Shown piece by piece: positions 26,528 through 37,082 of a stretch of 43,521 nt of DNA; the stretch's first letter is position 1; every line of letters begins with the position of its first letter. The translations under genes and the position numbers were made by a program. This DNA comes from an uncultured Sangeribacter sp. (GTDB taxonomy: Bacteria; Bacteroidota; Bacteroidia; Bacteroidales; Muribaculaceae), in the NCBI GenBank assembly GCA_964448425.1, contig CAYVAK010000001.1:1-43521 (forward strand), read 5' to 3'. Under the pieces are notes generated by a model that did no database searches, was not told the origin of the DNA, and saw only the letters and a list, made by a program, of their open reading frames with translations.

Positions 26528-27319
26528 ATGAACACAAAAGCTGAAAAGTTAGAGGCTTTCGGCAGGCTCTTGGATGTGCTCGACACTCTGAGAGAGAAAT
26601 GCCCTTGGGACCGCAAACAGACAAACGAATCACTTCGCCCCAACACCATTGAGGAGGTATACGAGCTCGTCGATGCACTGATAGCCGACGACACCCCCAA
26701 CATCAAGAAGGAACTTGGAGATGTGCTTCTCCACATTTGCTTCTACTCTAAGATTGCATCCGAAAAGGAGCAATTCGATATTGCCGACGTCTGCAACTCA
26801 CTCGTCGACAAACTGATATTCCGCCACCCCCACATCTACGGAAATGTGAAGGCCGACGACACCGACACTATTCTCAAAAATTGGGAAGAGATTAAGCTCA
26901 AGGAGAAAGGCGGCAATAAGACTGTGTTGGGCGGTGTGCCCTCAGCTCTGCCCGCTCTCATCAAGGCAAACAGAATCCAGGAGAAGGCTCGCAATGTGGG
27001 CTTCGACTGGGAATGCAAGGAGCAAGTATGGGAGAAGGTAAAGGAGGAGCTCGGCGAGGTGGAAGCCGAAATGCTGAGCGGCAACCAAGCCAACGTGGAA
27101 GCTGAATTTGGCGACCTCCTGTTTGCAGTGGTAAACGCAGCTCGCCTATACGGTGTGAACCCCGAGAATGCTCTTGAGCACACCAACCGCAAGTTTATAA
27201 GCCGCTTCAACTATCTGGAAGCCAAGTCGAAAGAGCTCAACAAGCCGCTCAAAGAGATGACCCTGGCCGAGATGGATGCCATCTGGGACGAAGCGAAGCT
27301 TCAAGAACGTGCCGACTAA
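26528..27319 (+). CDS. mazG: Nucleoside triphosphate pyrophosphohydrolase MazG
   Basis: CPWDRKQT, IEEVYEL, ELGDVLL, KLIFRHPHIYG, and second domain KVKEELGE...EFGDLLF. Confidence 0.95.
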   Translation: MNTKAEKLEAFGRLLDVLDTLREKCPWDRKQTNESLRPNTIEEVYELVDALIADDTPNIKKELGDVLLHICFYSKIASEKEQFDIADVCNSLVDKLIFRHPHIYGNVKADDTDTILKNWEEIKLKEKGGNKTVLGGVPSALPALIKANRIQEKARNVGFDWECKEQVWEKVKEELGEVEAEMLSGNQANVEAEFGDLLFAVVNAARLYGVNPENALEHTNRKFISRFNYLEAKSKELNKPLKEMTLAEMDAIWDEAKLQERAD

Positions 27320-27369
27320 TAGCCAACTACTTATCACTCTGACCAATACCCCACTACCCCACTATCATA

Positions 27370-29202
27370 ATGCGCCTTTGTATCACAGAGAAACCCAGCG
27401 TAGGTAAAGATATTGCCTCAATTCTTGGAGCCAACAGCCGACACGACGGCTATTTTGAAGGTAACGGCTACTGTGTGACCTGGACCTTCGGCCACCTTTG
27501 CACTCTTAAAGAGCCTCACGACTACAGTCCGCAATGGAAACGCTGGTCGCTGGGCTCCCTGCCCATGATTCCGCCCAAATTCGGCATCAAGCTCATTGAC
27601 CAAGAGAGCATAGTGAGGCAATTTAAGACTATTGAGACTCTTATAGCGCAAGCCGACGAGGTGATAAACTGCGGTGATGCCGGGCAAGAGGGTGAGCTGA
27701 TTCAGCGTTGGGTGATGCAGAAGGCTAATTGCACCAAGCCGGTGAAACGCCTCTGGATTTCGTCGCTCACCGACGATGCCATACGCGAGGGTTTCAAGCA
27801 CCTTCGCTCCGAAGATGAGCTCAAACCGCTCTATATTGCCGGTCTGTGTCGCGCCATTGGCGACTGGATTCTGGGCATGAACGCCACCCGCCTCTACACC
27901 CTCAAGTATGGCGCGAGAGGTCAGGTGCTCTCAATAGGAAGGGTGCAAACACCCACCCTGGCTCTGGTGGTCAACCGCCAAAAAGAGATTGAGAATTTTG
28001 TACCCAAAGACAGCTGGGAACTGCGCACTCGCTATCGCGATGTGGTGTTTACATCTGCTCTCAAACCGTTTGAGACGGAGGAGAAGGGACAAGAGATGCT
28101 CCAAAAGCTCGAAGGCACCACTCTTTGCATCACCGACATCGCCAAAAAGAAGGGTCGCGAAGCGCCGCCGCGCCTCTTCGACCTTACAGCCCTCCAAGTG
28201 GAGTGTAACAAGAAATTCTCCATGAGTGCCGACGACACTTTGCGCACCATCCAATCGCTCTACGAAAAGAAGCTCACCACCTACCCGCGTGTGGACACCA
28301 CCTACCTCACCGACGACGTCTACAAGCAGTGTGGCGGCATTCTCAACTCGCTGCGCGACTACCAAGACCTGCTGCAAAATATACGCGGCTCTAAATTGCC
28401 CAAAAGCAAAAAGGTGTTCGACAACTCTAAAGTCACCGACCACCACGCTATAATCCCTACCGGCCAGCCGCTCCCTACCAACCTTTCGCAAATGGAGCTG
28501 AATGTGTTTCACACCGTGGCCCGCCGATTTGTGTCGGTGTTCTTCCCCGACTGCGTGTTTGAGCAGACCTCTGTGAATGCAGAGGTGGAAAAAACTAAAT
28601 TCAAAGCCACCGGCAAGGTGATAGTGTCGCCGGGCTGGAAAGTGGTCTACGCCAAAGCGAACAAAGCCGCCGACCCTTCGGATGGCGACGAGACCACCGC
28701 CGATTCTTCCGACACTATTCTGCCCGAGTTCACCAAAGGTGAGCAAGGTCCTCACAAGCCATTCCTGGCTAAAAAGACCACCCAGCCGCCCAAATATTTC
28801 ACCGAGGGTACACTGCTTAAAGCTATGGAGACAGCCGGCAACTTTGTGGAGGATGAAGACCTCCGTGAAGCTCTTAAAGCCAATGGCATAGGTCGCCCTT
28901 CCACCCGCGCCGCCATTATTGAGATACTCTACAAGCGCGGATACATACGCCGCGAGCGCAAGAGCCTGCGTGCCACAGAGGCCGGCGTTCAGCTCATCGA
29001 CCTCATCCACGAAGATATGCTCAAGAGCGCAAAGCTCACCGGTATTTGGGAAAACCGCCTGCGCATGATTGAGCACGGCGACTACAATGCCGCAGAGTTT
29101 ATCGATCAGCTAAAGGCTATGATTCAACAGATTGTGATTTCGGTGCTCTCCGACAATTCCTCGCGACGCATTGAAAGCACTCAGCAGGCCGCTAAAAAGT
29201 AG
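27370..29202 (+). CDS. topB: DNA topoisomerase III (type IA)
   Basis: TEKPSV, GDAGQEGELI, GMNATR, SIGRVQTPTL, catalytic TYPRVD, DHHAIIPT and GIGRPSTRA. Confidence 0.93.
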   Translation: MRLCITEKPSVGKDIASILGANSRHDGYFEGNGYCVTWTFGHLCTLKEPHDYSPQWKRWSLGSLPMIPPKFGIKLIDQESIVRQFKTIETLIAQADEVINCGDAGQEGELIQRWVMQKANCTKPVKRLWISSLTDDAIREGFKHLRSEDELKPLYIAGLCRAIGDWILGMNATRLYTLKYGARGQVLSIGRVQTPTLALVVNRQKEIENFVPKDSWELRTRYRDVVFTSALKPFETEEKGQEMLQKLEGTTLCITDIAKKKGREAPPRLFDLTALQVECNKKFSMSADDTLRTIQSLYEKKLTTYPRVDTTYLTDDVYKQCGGILNSLRDYQDLLQNIRGSKLPKSKKVFDNSKVTDHHAIIPTGQPLPTNLSQMELNVFHTVARRFVSVFFPDCVFEQTSVNAEVEKTKFKATGKVIVSPGWKVVYAKANKAADPSDGDETTADSSDTILPEFTKGEQGPHKPFLAKKTTQPPKYFTEGTLLKAMETAGNFVEDEDLREALKANGIGRPSTRAAIIEILYKRGYIRRERKSLRATEAGVQLIDLIHEDMLKSAKLTGIWENRLRMIEHGDYNAAEFIDQLKAMIQQIVISVLSDNSSRRIESTQQAAKK

Positions 29203-29249
29203 CCTTTCTCTTATTTTACAGCAATTATTTACAGCAATAATTTACGGCT

Positions 29250-29450
29250 ATGAGTCTCGCAATTCAATACACAATAGTAGCACTGATAATTCTTGGCGCG
29301 TGCCTCTACATGATAAGGGGTGTGATTCGCAAACGCAAAGCCCACCGCCGAAGCTGCGAGGGATGCGACATGGCGTCGTGCTGCAAAAATCCCGACGAAA
29401 AAATAGTGGTTGAAAAGTCGAAGCCACACCGCTCCTGCTGCGACAATTAG
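29250..29450 (+). CDS. Small Cys-rich membrane protein (FeoB-associated Cys-rich family-like)
   Basis: N-terminal TM helix (IQYTIVALIILGACLYMI), basic patch, CEGCDMASCC and terminal SCC. Confidence 0.75.
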   Translation: MSLAIQYTIVALIILGACLYMIRGVIRKRKAHRRSCEGCDMASCCKNPDEKIVVEKSKPHRSCCDN

Positions 29451-29474
29451 CCGCACAGAGTGAAGATAAAATCC

Positions 29475-29509
29475 CGACGCCGGAATCTCGCTGAGAGGTT
29501 CCGGCGTCG
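29475..29509. terminator. Strong hairpin between convergent operons (probable bidirectional terminator)
   Basis: CGACGCCGGAA...TTCCGGCGTCG 11-bp perfect arms with an inner TCTC/GAGA pairing. Confidence 0.75.
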
Positions 29510-29513
29510 ATCT

Positions 29514-32500
29514 TTATCGGGCCAGCGACATATTGACTGCTATGCCGCAATTGGTGTTAGAGGTGGGGTAAGAGGAGCTGCTCACAAGCGGGGTGTTGAC
29601 CTGGTGGTCGAGATACATTGAGAGGGTGATGCGCTTGGATAGTATATAGCTGGCTGTGAAGTTGAGCGCCATGGTGCGCGCACCGCTCTGAGCCTGAGTG
29701 AAGGCGGTCTCAATCTTGCGGATGAGCGACTGATTGTTGGCAAATGAGAGGTCGAGATTCAGAGTGAGGTCATTGCTCACACCGCCCTGCTTTCCGCCTA
29801 TCTTGAGCACAGTGTTGAAGTTGGCAATCTTATAGCCGGCGCCAATGGTGAACTGCTTGCTTGTGGCCTCAACTATCTGGCCGGCAGATGTATTGAGTGT
29901 GAGGGTGCGGCTGTCGCGATACTCCACATTGAAGGTCACATTATTGTTCATGGTGGCCGACACTCCTAAGAGAGGAGCGAACTTCTCTGTGATAGCCACA
30001 GATGATATATTGTAGGGCGAAGAGGGCACCGGTTGCTGAGTCTGCTCATCGAGGGTGAAGCCATAGTCGCCGTCCACAGCCTGCCAGTTAAGATAGCTGG
30101 AATAGGAGCCCACCGAGTAGGTGCACTGGTAAGCATGTGTGAGAGTAAACGATTTGAAGATGTCGCGCATATTGCCGAGCTGGAGCAGGCCGTCGTAGGT
30201 CACACGCCAGTTGGGGCGAATGGCTGCCAACGAGGGGAAGGCTGTGAGGGCCACCTTATGGGCATCGCCTCCGGAATAAGCGGCAAGGAAGGCAGGGATG
30301 AGCACATCCGAGCTGGTGGTGCTCACAGTGCCCACCACCGGATTGTAGGTGGTGCCGGCAAGCGGATTGCCGTTCATGAAGCCACCGGTGGGATAGGTCA
30401 CTCCCTCATATCGCTGCTGGTAGCGCTCGGCCACTATGGGGATGTTGGCCAAGAAGTCGTTGAAGGCTTTGCTGTCGTAGCCGTTGTCGGCCTTACAGCC
30501 GTGCAGGGCGGTAAGGATGGCGATATGAGTCTTGGTGAATGAGCCGGTGCGGGTGGTGGGCATATCGGAGTACATGAACTGCACTTGCTTGGTGCGATTG
30601 TCGGTGTGATTGTTGGTGAGCACAATCTTGAGCCCTTTCACCGGCTCCAGATTCAGCTCAAAGTTAAACTCTTGCGAGTTGTTCCACACCGCCGGAGAGG
30701 TCTGAGTATCATCGATAAGGAGCCAACCGCGGCTCAGAGCCTTGTCGAGATAGCTCTCATCGATGAAGCCGAATGCGAAGTCGAGACCGGGGGCCATGGG
30801 GCCGTATTTGGTGCTCTGGCCGAGCATATCGCCCACATCGCAACGGAAGAGCGGCAGGTTCATAGAGTGGGAATTGCGCCACTTGAAACTGAATGAGCGC
30901 GGCATCATCAGGAAGCGTGCAGAGTAGTCGGCTATGTCGCGCCACACTGTGGTCTCCTTGGCTTTCTTCAGCTCGGTGATGGTCACCTTATATTCTTTGT
31001 CGCCCTTGTCGAGAATAGCAATATTGTTTTCGTCAATTACCTTGGTGGATAGCTTCACAATCTTGTCGCCATCCATAGCGGTAAATTTCACCTTCTTGGT
31101 CTTGAGATTATGGTTCACCACCGTAGCCGAGTCGGGGTTGAGGGTGATGGCCCTTTCAAACTTCTTACGTTTATCCTTGCCTTCGGTGGTTTCGGCAGAA
31201 TTAGAATCGCCGGGTACAGCAGTTTTACCCGACTTGTTTTTATTGTTTCGGTTATTCTTGCCATTGCGGCTGTTGGAGGAGGTGGTGCTCTTTGAGAAGC
31301 GTTTGGAGACAGCCTTCAGGTAAGGAATCTTGTTGTAGAACTGCTCGAAGTTGATGCGCGCATCGGCGGTCCAGGTGGCCTGGTCTTGGATTGTATTGCC
31401 AAGATAGACATCGTCGACGGTGGTACCTCTATCCCATTTGTAGGTGGCATTGTAAGAGACGTTGCCGGTGAGGAAGTCGAGCACCGGAATCTTGGAGAAC
31501 GGTGCCTTATAGCTTGCGGTGAAAGTCTGGTTGTAGTTCCAGGGAGTACCGAAGCCTTTGATAGAGTTCCACACAGTGTCACGCCACTCCTTGTATTTAT
31601 CGGGGAAGAGCTTGCGGTTCACAGCGCCGATGGTCTCTTCAATGCGGGCCGTGGTGTTGGAGCTGAAGGTGAAGCTCAGGGTCTTGGTGAGGTTCCAAGT
31701 GAGGTTGAGCTGGCGATCCCAATAGAAGTTCTTGCTCACCTGCACAGGCAACTGGAAATTCACGTCTACCTCGCTGCGAGTTTGCTGCTCGTAGTAGTAG
31801 CGCGACATGTTGGTGTAGAAAGTGAGCGAATTGAAGAGCCAGTTTATCTCCCACTCTTTGAAGAATTTGAGGTTCTTATTTTTCGACTTAATCCAGCCAA
31901 ACGGTTTGAGGCCTTTCACATAAGGGGTGTAGGTGTACTGGAATGCGCCCTTATAGTCGTTGGTGTATTCATATTGTGTGGTCGGGTCGAAATTCTTCTG
32001 CTTGTTGAAGGAGAATGAGAAGGAGAAGTTGGCGGGGTCCCAAGGCATCGGAGTCTTGTGGGAGACGTTGAACTTGAGGTTGGAGATTGAGAAACTTTCC
32101 ACCGTTTTACGGGTCACAGCATAATCGTTGATAGAGTCGCGCTCAGCCTTTGTTGCGGCGGCATCGAGGGCATCCTTCAGGAGGATATCCTGGTCGAGCG
32201 GGTTATATTTCGGGGTGGTGGTCTCCTTTGAGTAAGAGTAATAGATGGGCGCCGAAAGCTTGGCCTTTTCGGGCAAGAATTTACCGAGGTCCGACTGCAC
32301 TGCAATGTTGTATTGCTTGTAGGTGTCAAGGCGGCGATCTGAGAGCCCCTGGTCCACACTACCGAAGCCGTCGGTCTCGATATGAGTGCCGAAATTAACT
32401 TGCGCCAAATCACTGATACCGAGGTTGACGGTGGCTTTGGCGGCCCAACCGCCCGCCTCATCGAAGTCGGTGACTTTGAGCTCGTTGACCCACACGGAGC

Positions 32501-35500
32501 CATCCTTCACTGAGTTGGAGTTGTTGCGCACACCAATGAGCATCACTCTCACATCGCTCAGCGAGGGGTTACCGAGCACCGAGATGGTGTTCTTCTCATT
32601 GTCAGGGTCATGGATTGAATATAGCTGGGCATAACCCACGCCCTCCACGCCTGCGCTTCGGTCGCGGTTACGTTGAGTCTTCAAGTTGGTGAAAGCGTCG
32701 AGCGAGAGGTCAAGGTAGTTGGAGGTAGGCCACACAATCTGGCGGTCGGATGTGCTCAGGTTATTGTATTTTCCGGCCGGGGTGAGTTCGAGCGGAATTT
32801 CATATTCGTAGTAGTTGTTTTTCACATCGGAGCCCACGCGGATGAAGAGGGCGAGGTCGCTGTTTTTGAGGTTGGTTGAATTGTCTACCAGCGCCTCGGC
32901 GTGAGTCCACATCTGCAAGCGTTTGTAGATGCGAAGGTCGAGCGAAGTGTTTTTGTAGACACCGCGAGCGTCGCCGGCTTGCAGACCTTTGACGGTCATT
33001 GACATGGCTTGCTCATTGAGCTGAGTGGCTTGAGCCTGGCCGGGGTCCTGAATACGGTTCACACCGGGAGGAAGCACATAGTTGACCGGCTCTTTGGCCG
33101 AGTTTTCTTCAATATTGACAGTGGCGATATCGAGCTCACCTTCAGCCGGAGAGTCGTTGCGGCTGTTGAGGTTGAAGTCGTAGTTGCGCCATTCGCCACG
33201 CACCAGCTCCAAGGTGGCAAAACGCAGGTGAGTCACCTTCTTAAATCCGGTCATGAACATTCTCACAAAGCGGATGGTGGAGAAGTCGCTGATATTGCCA
33301 ACCACCTTTTCAGGCTGGCTCAATGGAATTTTAAATTGATACCACACCATCACTTTGCTTTTGCCGTTGGCCAGAGTCTGCAAACTCTCCTGCTTATCGG
33401 CTATGTAGTTGCGACCCACCACAAGGTCTTCGGGACGAATGGAGACTTTGTATTGGTAGTAGCGTTCATATTCGTTGAGAGTGTTATCCTGGTTGATATC
33501 CTCCACATCGGGCACAGTGCGCGACGACTGATACAGGGGGTTGCTCGACTGGTCGGGCGAAAGTGAGTTGCCCTCCACACCGTTGTAGTGCTTGTAGCGG
33601 TCGAGGATGCCTGTGCGATGCTCGTCATACCAGTCGGAACGATAGAAGTGGTAGTTGTCGCCGGCCGGGTCGGAGAAGGGGCTGAAGGGGTCATCGTCTT
33701 GCATCTCGGCTATGGTTGAGGGGTCAAGGCGATTGCGCAGCCCGTCGAGGTAGTCGGAATATGAGTGGAAATTAAATTCGTCGTCGTTGGAGAGTCCATC
33801 GAGGCCGACATCCTGCATGGGTCGGGCATTCTCAGAATTTTCAAAGGCATAGGTGAGAGAGGTTTGGCGGCTCACCCTACCCCAATTGGTCTCGGTGAGA
33901 TACTGTGTGTCACCGTCAATCGGAAGGCCGTTCTCATAGCTCTTCATGCCGTCTTTAAGGATATCCTCACTTATCTCACCGAAGTTAAAATAGAGGTCTC
34001 CACCCTCCTGATTATCGGCATCTTCATCGAGGAAAGGGTCGAGGAGCCAGAATTGCACATACTCCACATTGGAGGTCTCAAAATTGGTGTTGTCAAGCTT
34101 ACGCATAATGCCGCCCCAACGCTTCTCGGGATAGAGCAGAGAGCCGTCGGGCGATATGTTGGTGGCATCGAGGTTGTAGGGGCCACGTTCTGTGGGGTAG
34201 AAGGAGAGGTTGAGGGTCTGAATGGTGGTTGCCTCACCGTAGTTTGTCTCGCGGTTGGGGAATATCTCGCGTGTCTTTACTTCACGCACATAAGGGTTGG
34301 AGAGCTGGTCGAGGTCATTCTTGAGGTAGCCGGGCACGAGGGTGGAATTCTTCTGGGTAAACATACGGTCTATGTAGTACCAAGAAAGGAGTGCGCGGTT
34401 TTTGCCATAGTCCACATTGTCGGAGAGGGAGGCCTCCGGGAAGAGGGCATCAGCGCCCTGCTCATAAGGGGTCGAGGCTAAGAACCATGAATAAGGCGAG
34501 CGGAGATCGAGGCCGGATTGGGTGGTCTCGAAGTCGTCGATATAGCTGGAGCCTTTATTTGTGCCCGACTTTTGCTGGTGGGGCACCAGTTGGGCAAACT
34601 CGGCAGTGACATTGAGCGTTGACGGGGAGGTGGCGTTGATGGTCGGAATCTTATTGATAAGATTGGTGAGCCACATGAACTGGGTGTTATACTTGAGGTT
34701 CAAACCCCACATGGTGTTGTTGATGGTCTCCTCGCCTATGCTCACCTTCTCGGTAAGGGCCTTTTCGGAGAAGTGGAGGAGCGTGGCGCCCAAGGTGAAA
34801 TCCTTTGAGAAGGCATATTGGGCGTCAAATCCCAAAAGCGTCTTTCGCTGCATGGAGTAGAGCGACTGATTTTCAAGCGACACACTCACGCTCGTGCCGG
34901 AGTCGATAATGCTTTGGTTGGTGATGGTGACAATACCCATCGCGTAGTCGACGGTATAGTCGCTATTCTCTGTAAGGGTCACACCGCCGGCAGTCACGAC
35001 CACTGAACCTCGGGGCACATTCATGGCATTAAGCCTGATTTGCGCACCATTGCTGGCCTGGTATTCACCGGTGAGCTTGTATTTATTCTTATCGGCAAAC
35101 TGGCGGGCCACAGTGAGGGTGCTGTCGTAGAGCTCCTGATAGCAATAGATGTCGGCAAGTGCCGAGTCGCCTATCTTCTTGCGCAAGTTCTTACCGAAAG
35201 GCTCCGCCACAGGGAATATCACCCTACCGGTAGAGGATATCACGGTGTAGCCGTCTATGTAGTCGAAGAAGCCGTCGGGGTTTGATTCCTGATTGGAGTC
35301 CAAACGGTCGAGGTTCATGACCTGAAGCAGCGGTTTGTCGCTGATGGAGCCCACTGGGAGATAGTTGATTTCTGTACCGGTGGTGTCGCTCAGATATTTA
35401 ATATTGAGTTTAAAGTTCTTACTTTGAAGCTGATAGGCACCCAAAGAGTAGACGTTTTTCATCATTAGTCGCCACATGGGCAGGCGGGGAGAGATGGTGG

Positions 35501-37049
35501 TGCCGCGAAGCATTTTAAGGTAGAGACAGTCGGAAGTAGAGGTGACATCGCCGGAAAATTCACCCACCTGATACACCTGGCCCTTATATGTGTATTCATA
35601 AGCCACAGCGAGCACTTCGTCGCTGTTGAGGGCCGACTTCAGCGAGATGTAGCCCAACGATGAATTCAGAGTGTACTCACTTGAGCTTAGCAAACGCGCA
35701 CTCTCCACCTTCTCGAAGTCCTGACCGCCGCTTATGCCATAGGCTTGCAGCGGCTCAAGAGCCTGAGTCACTTTATTGATGTTGCGCGCATCGGGGTAGT
35801 CACTTTTCACCACCGAGAGCAGATTGTTGCTCAAATTGGAGGGGTTGGGATATTGGGCATTGGGCTGCCAATAGTCGTTGGCAAGGGTGCTATTCTCACC
35901 TAAGTCCATGAATCCCACGAAGTTGCGCGACTCATCATATTTACCGGTTTTATTGGTAACCCAAACCTCTATACGGGTGATGTTCACACCGGAAGAGACG
36001 TAGGGCAATTTGGATGCAAAGTCGTCGTAGTTCTCATAGAAGAACTGGCCGAGGAAGAAGTGACGGTTGGCATCATAGTCGTCGCAATCGAGTGAGAATG
36101 AAGTGGTTTGCACACCGCCTGACGTGCTCACCGACTTAGTCTCTGAATTTTGCTGCGACACCAGTCCGGTGAGCGTCAACTTACCAAACTGGAGCTTAGT
36201 CTTGACACCGAACAGGGAGCTGCTACCGCGGATAAGGCTCGACCCGGTGGTCATGCTCACATTACCGGCCTCTATCGATTTGATAATCTCATCCTCCTTG
36301 CCCTCATAGGCGAGTTTTAGATTTTTAGAGTCGAAATCGAAGGTTGCATCGGTGTTGTAGGTCATGTTAAACTTCATCTTGTCGCCCACCGATGCGGCGA
36401 TTGTGGCTTGAATCTTCTGGTCGAAATCGAAGTAAGTTTTGCGACGCGAGCTTACCGAAAGAGCCGGGTTGTCAGTCTTGTTGCTCTTAATACCCATGTT
36501 GATTTGGATAGAACCTTGAGTGGTGAGGCGCACGCCGCCGGGACCAAACACCTTCTCCAAGGGGCCCAGGGCAAAGTTCATATCCAGGATATTGAATGGC
36601 TCTTTCTCCTTATTTTCAAACAGTTCGGAGTTGCGCTGATGGTAATAGTCCATCATATCTTTGCGCACCTGCACATTGTTGTATTCGGCAGCGGTCATCT
36701 GGTAGGGGGTGACCAAATCGTAAGGGCCTACCTTGGTGTGAATCACATACATGCCGGTTGAGGGGTCGAAAGTAGCTTCGGTTTTGATGTTCGAGGGGTC
36801 GCGCAAGTCGGCGGCATACTCTGCACCGGCATAGTCGGCATAGCTTTGAGGCAAAGTGGGTTGCACATCCGAGAGCATAGCTATGCTGTCGGAGGGAGTG
36901 GCTTCAGTGCTATATTTTATAGGGGGATTGGTGGGCGGAGCCGTGATTTTGGGGTCATAATACTGTGAATTGGCCCACATCATGGTGAAACACGACAACA
37001 GGATTATCGCGCCCACAGGAATTATATTTTTATTTAGTCTAATCTTCAT
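29514..37049 (-). CDS. sprA: Type IX secretion system outer-membrane translocon SprA/Sov
   Basis: 2511 aa with signal peptide. SprA hallmarks FDFDQKIQ, LAYEGKEDEIIKSIEAGNV, YIDDFE, GEISEDILKDG, PDVEDIN, VWVNEL and PNWRVTYDGL. Downstream of ruvA. Confidence 0.95.
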   Translation of the reverse strand: MKIRLNKNIIPVGAIILLSCFTMMWANSQYYDPKITAPPTNPPIKYSTEATPSDSIAMLSDVQPTLPQSYADYAGAEYAADLRDPSNIKTEATFDPSTGMYVIHTKVGPYDLVTPYQMTAAEYNNVQVRKDMMDYYHQRNSELFENKEKEPFNILDMNFALGPLEKVFGPGGVRLTTQGSIQINMGIKSNKTDNPALSVSSRRKTYFDFDQKIQATIAASVGDKMKFNMTYNTDATFDFDSKNLKLAYEGKEDEIIKSIEAGNVSMTTGSSLIRGSSSLFGVKTKLQFGKLTLTGLVSQQNSETKSVSTSGGVQTTSFSLDCDDYDANRHFFLGQFFYENYDDFASKLPYVSSGVNITRIEVWVTNKTGKYDESRNFVGFMDLGENSTLANDYWQPNAQYPNPSNLSNNLLSVVKSDYPDARNINKVTQALEPLQAYGISGGQDFEKVESARLLSSSEYTLNSSLGYISLKSALNSDEVLAVAYEYTYKGQVYQVGEFSGDVTSTSDCLYLKMLRGTTISPRLPMWRLMMKNVYSLGAYQLQSKNFKLNIKYLSDTTGTEINYLPVGSISDKPLLQVMNLDRLDSNQESNPDGFFDYIDGYTVISSTGRVIFPVAEPFGKNLRKKIGDSALADIYCYQELYDSTLTVARQFADKNKYKLTGEYQASNGAQIRLNAMNVPRGSVVVTAGGVTLTENSDYTVDYAMGIVTITNQSIIDSGTSVSVSLENQSLYSMQRKTLLGFDAQYAFSKDFTLGATLLHFSEKALTEKVSIGEETINNTMWGLNLKYNTQFMWLTNLINKIPTINATSPSTLNVTAEFAQLVPHQQKSGTNKGSSYIDDFETTQSGLDLRSPYSWFLASTPYEQGADALFPEASLSDNVDYGKNRALLSWYYIDRMFTQKNSTLVPGYLKNDLDQLSNPYVREVKTREIFPNRETNYGEATTIQTLNLSFYPTERGPYNLDATNISPDGSLLYPEKRWGGIMRKLDNTNFETSNVEYVQFWLLDPFLDEDADNQEGGDLYFNFGEISEDILKDGMKSYENGLPIDGDTQYLTETNWGRVSRQTSLTYAFENSENARPMQDVGLDGLSNDDEFNFHSYSDYLDGLRNRLDPSTIAEMQDDDPFSPFSDPAGDNYHFYRSDWYDEHRTGILDRYKHYNGVEGNSLSPDQSSNPLYQSSRTVPDVEDINQDNTLNEYERYYQYKVSIRPEDLVVGRNYIADKQESLQTLANGKSKVMVWYQFKIPLSQPEKVVGNISDFSTIRFVRMFMTGFKKVTHLRFATLELVRGEWRNYDFNLNSRNDSPAEGELDIATVNIEENSAKEPVNYVLPPGVNRIQDPGQAQATQLNEQAMSMTVKGLQAGDARGVYKNTSLDLRIYKRLQMWTHAEALVDNSTNLKNSDLALFIRVGSDVKNNYYEYEIPLELTPAGKYNNLSTSDRQIVWPTSNYLDLSLDAFTNLKTQRNRDRSAGVEGVGYAQLYSIHDPDNEKNTISVLGNPSLSDVRVMLIGVRNNSNSVKDGSVWVNELKVTDFDEAGGWAAKATVNLGISDLAQVNFGTHIETDGFGSVDQGLSDRRLDTYKQYNIAVQSDLGKFLPEKAKLSAPIYYSYSKETTTPKYNPLDQDILLKDALDAAATKAERDSINDYAVTRKTVESFSISNLKFNVSHKTPMPWDPANFSFSFSFNKQKNFDPTTQYEYTNDYKGAFQYTYTPYVKGLKPFGWIKSKNKNLKFFKEWEINWLFNSLTFYTNMSRYYYEQQTRSEVDVNFQLPVQVSKNFYWDRQLNLTWNLTKTLSFTFSSNTTARIEETIGAVNRKLFPDKYKEWRDTVWNSIKGFGTPWNYNQTFTASYKAPFSKIPVLDFLTGNVSYNATYKWDRGTTVDDVYLGNTIQDQATWTADARINFEQFYNKIPYLKAVSKRFSKSTTSSNSRNGKNNRNNKNKSGKTAVPGDSNSAETTEGKDKRKKFERAITLNPDSATVVNHNLKTKKVKFTAMDGDKIVKLSTKVIDENNIAILDKGDKEYKVTITELKKAKETTVWRDIADYSARFLMMPRSFSFKWRNSHSMNLPLFRCDVGDMLGQSTKYGPMAPGLDFAFGFIDESYLDKALSRGWLLIDDTQTSPAVWNNSQEFNFELNLEPVKGLKIVLTNNHTDNRTKQVQFMYSDMPTTRTGSFTKTHIAILTALHGCKADNGYDSKAFNDFLANIPIVAERYQQRYEGVTYPTGGFMNGNPLAGTTYNPVVGTVSTTSSDVLIPAFLAAYSGGDAHKVALTAFPSLAAIRPNWRVTYDGLLQLGNMRDIFKSFTLTHAYQCTYSVGSYSSYLNWQAVDGDYGFTLDEQTQQPVPSSPYNISSVAITEKFAPLLGVSATMNNNVTFNVEYRDSRTLTLNTSAGQIVEATSKQFTIGAGYKIANFNTVLKIGGKQGGVSNDLTLNLDLSFANNQSLIRKIETAFTQAQSGARTMALNFTASYILSKRITLSMYLDHQVNTPLVSSSSYPTSNTNCGIAVNMSLAR

Positions 37050-37082
37050 AAATACACACCTGTAGGCCTCAAGAGTGGCAGC

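Noticed and set aside
27931-29076. 381-aa minus-strand ORF antisense to topB, and the many similar antisense ORFs over sprA, usp, nrnA and pnp
   Set aside because: Same shadow-frame artefact; no promoter or protein-family signal.
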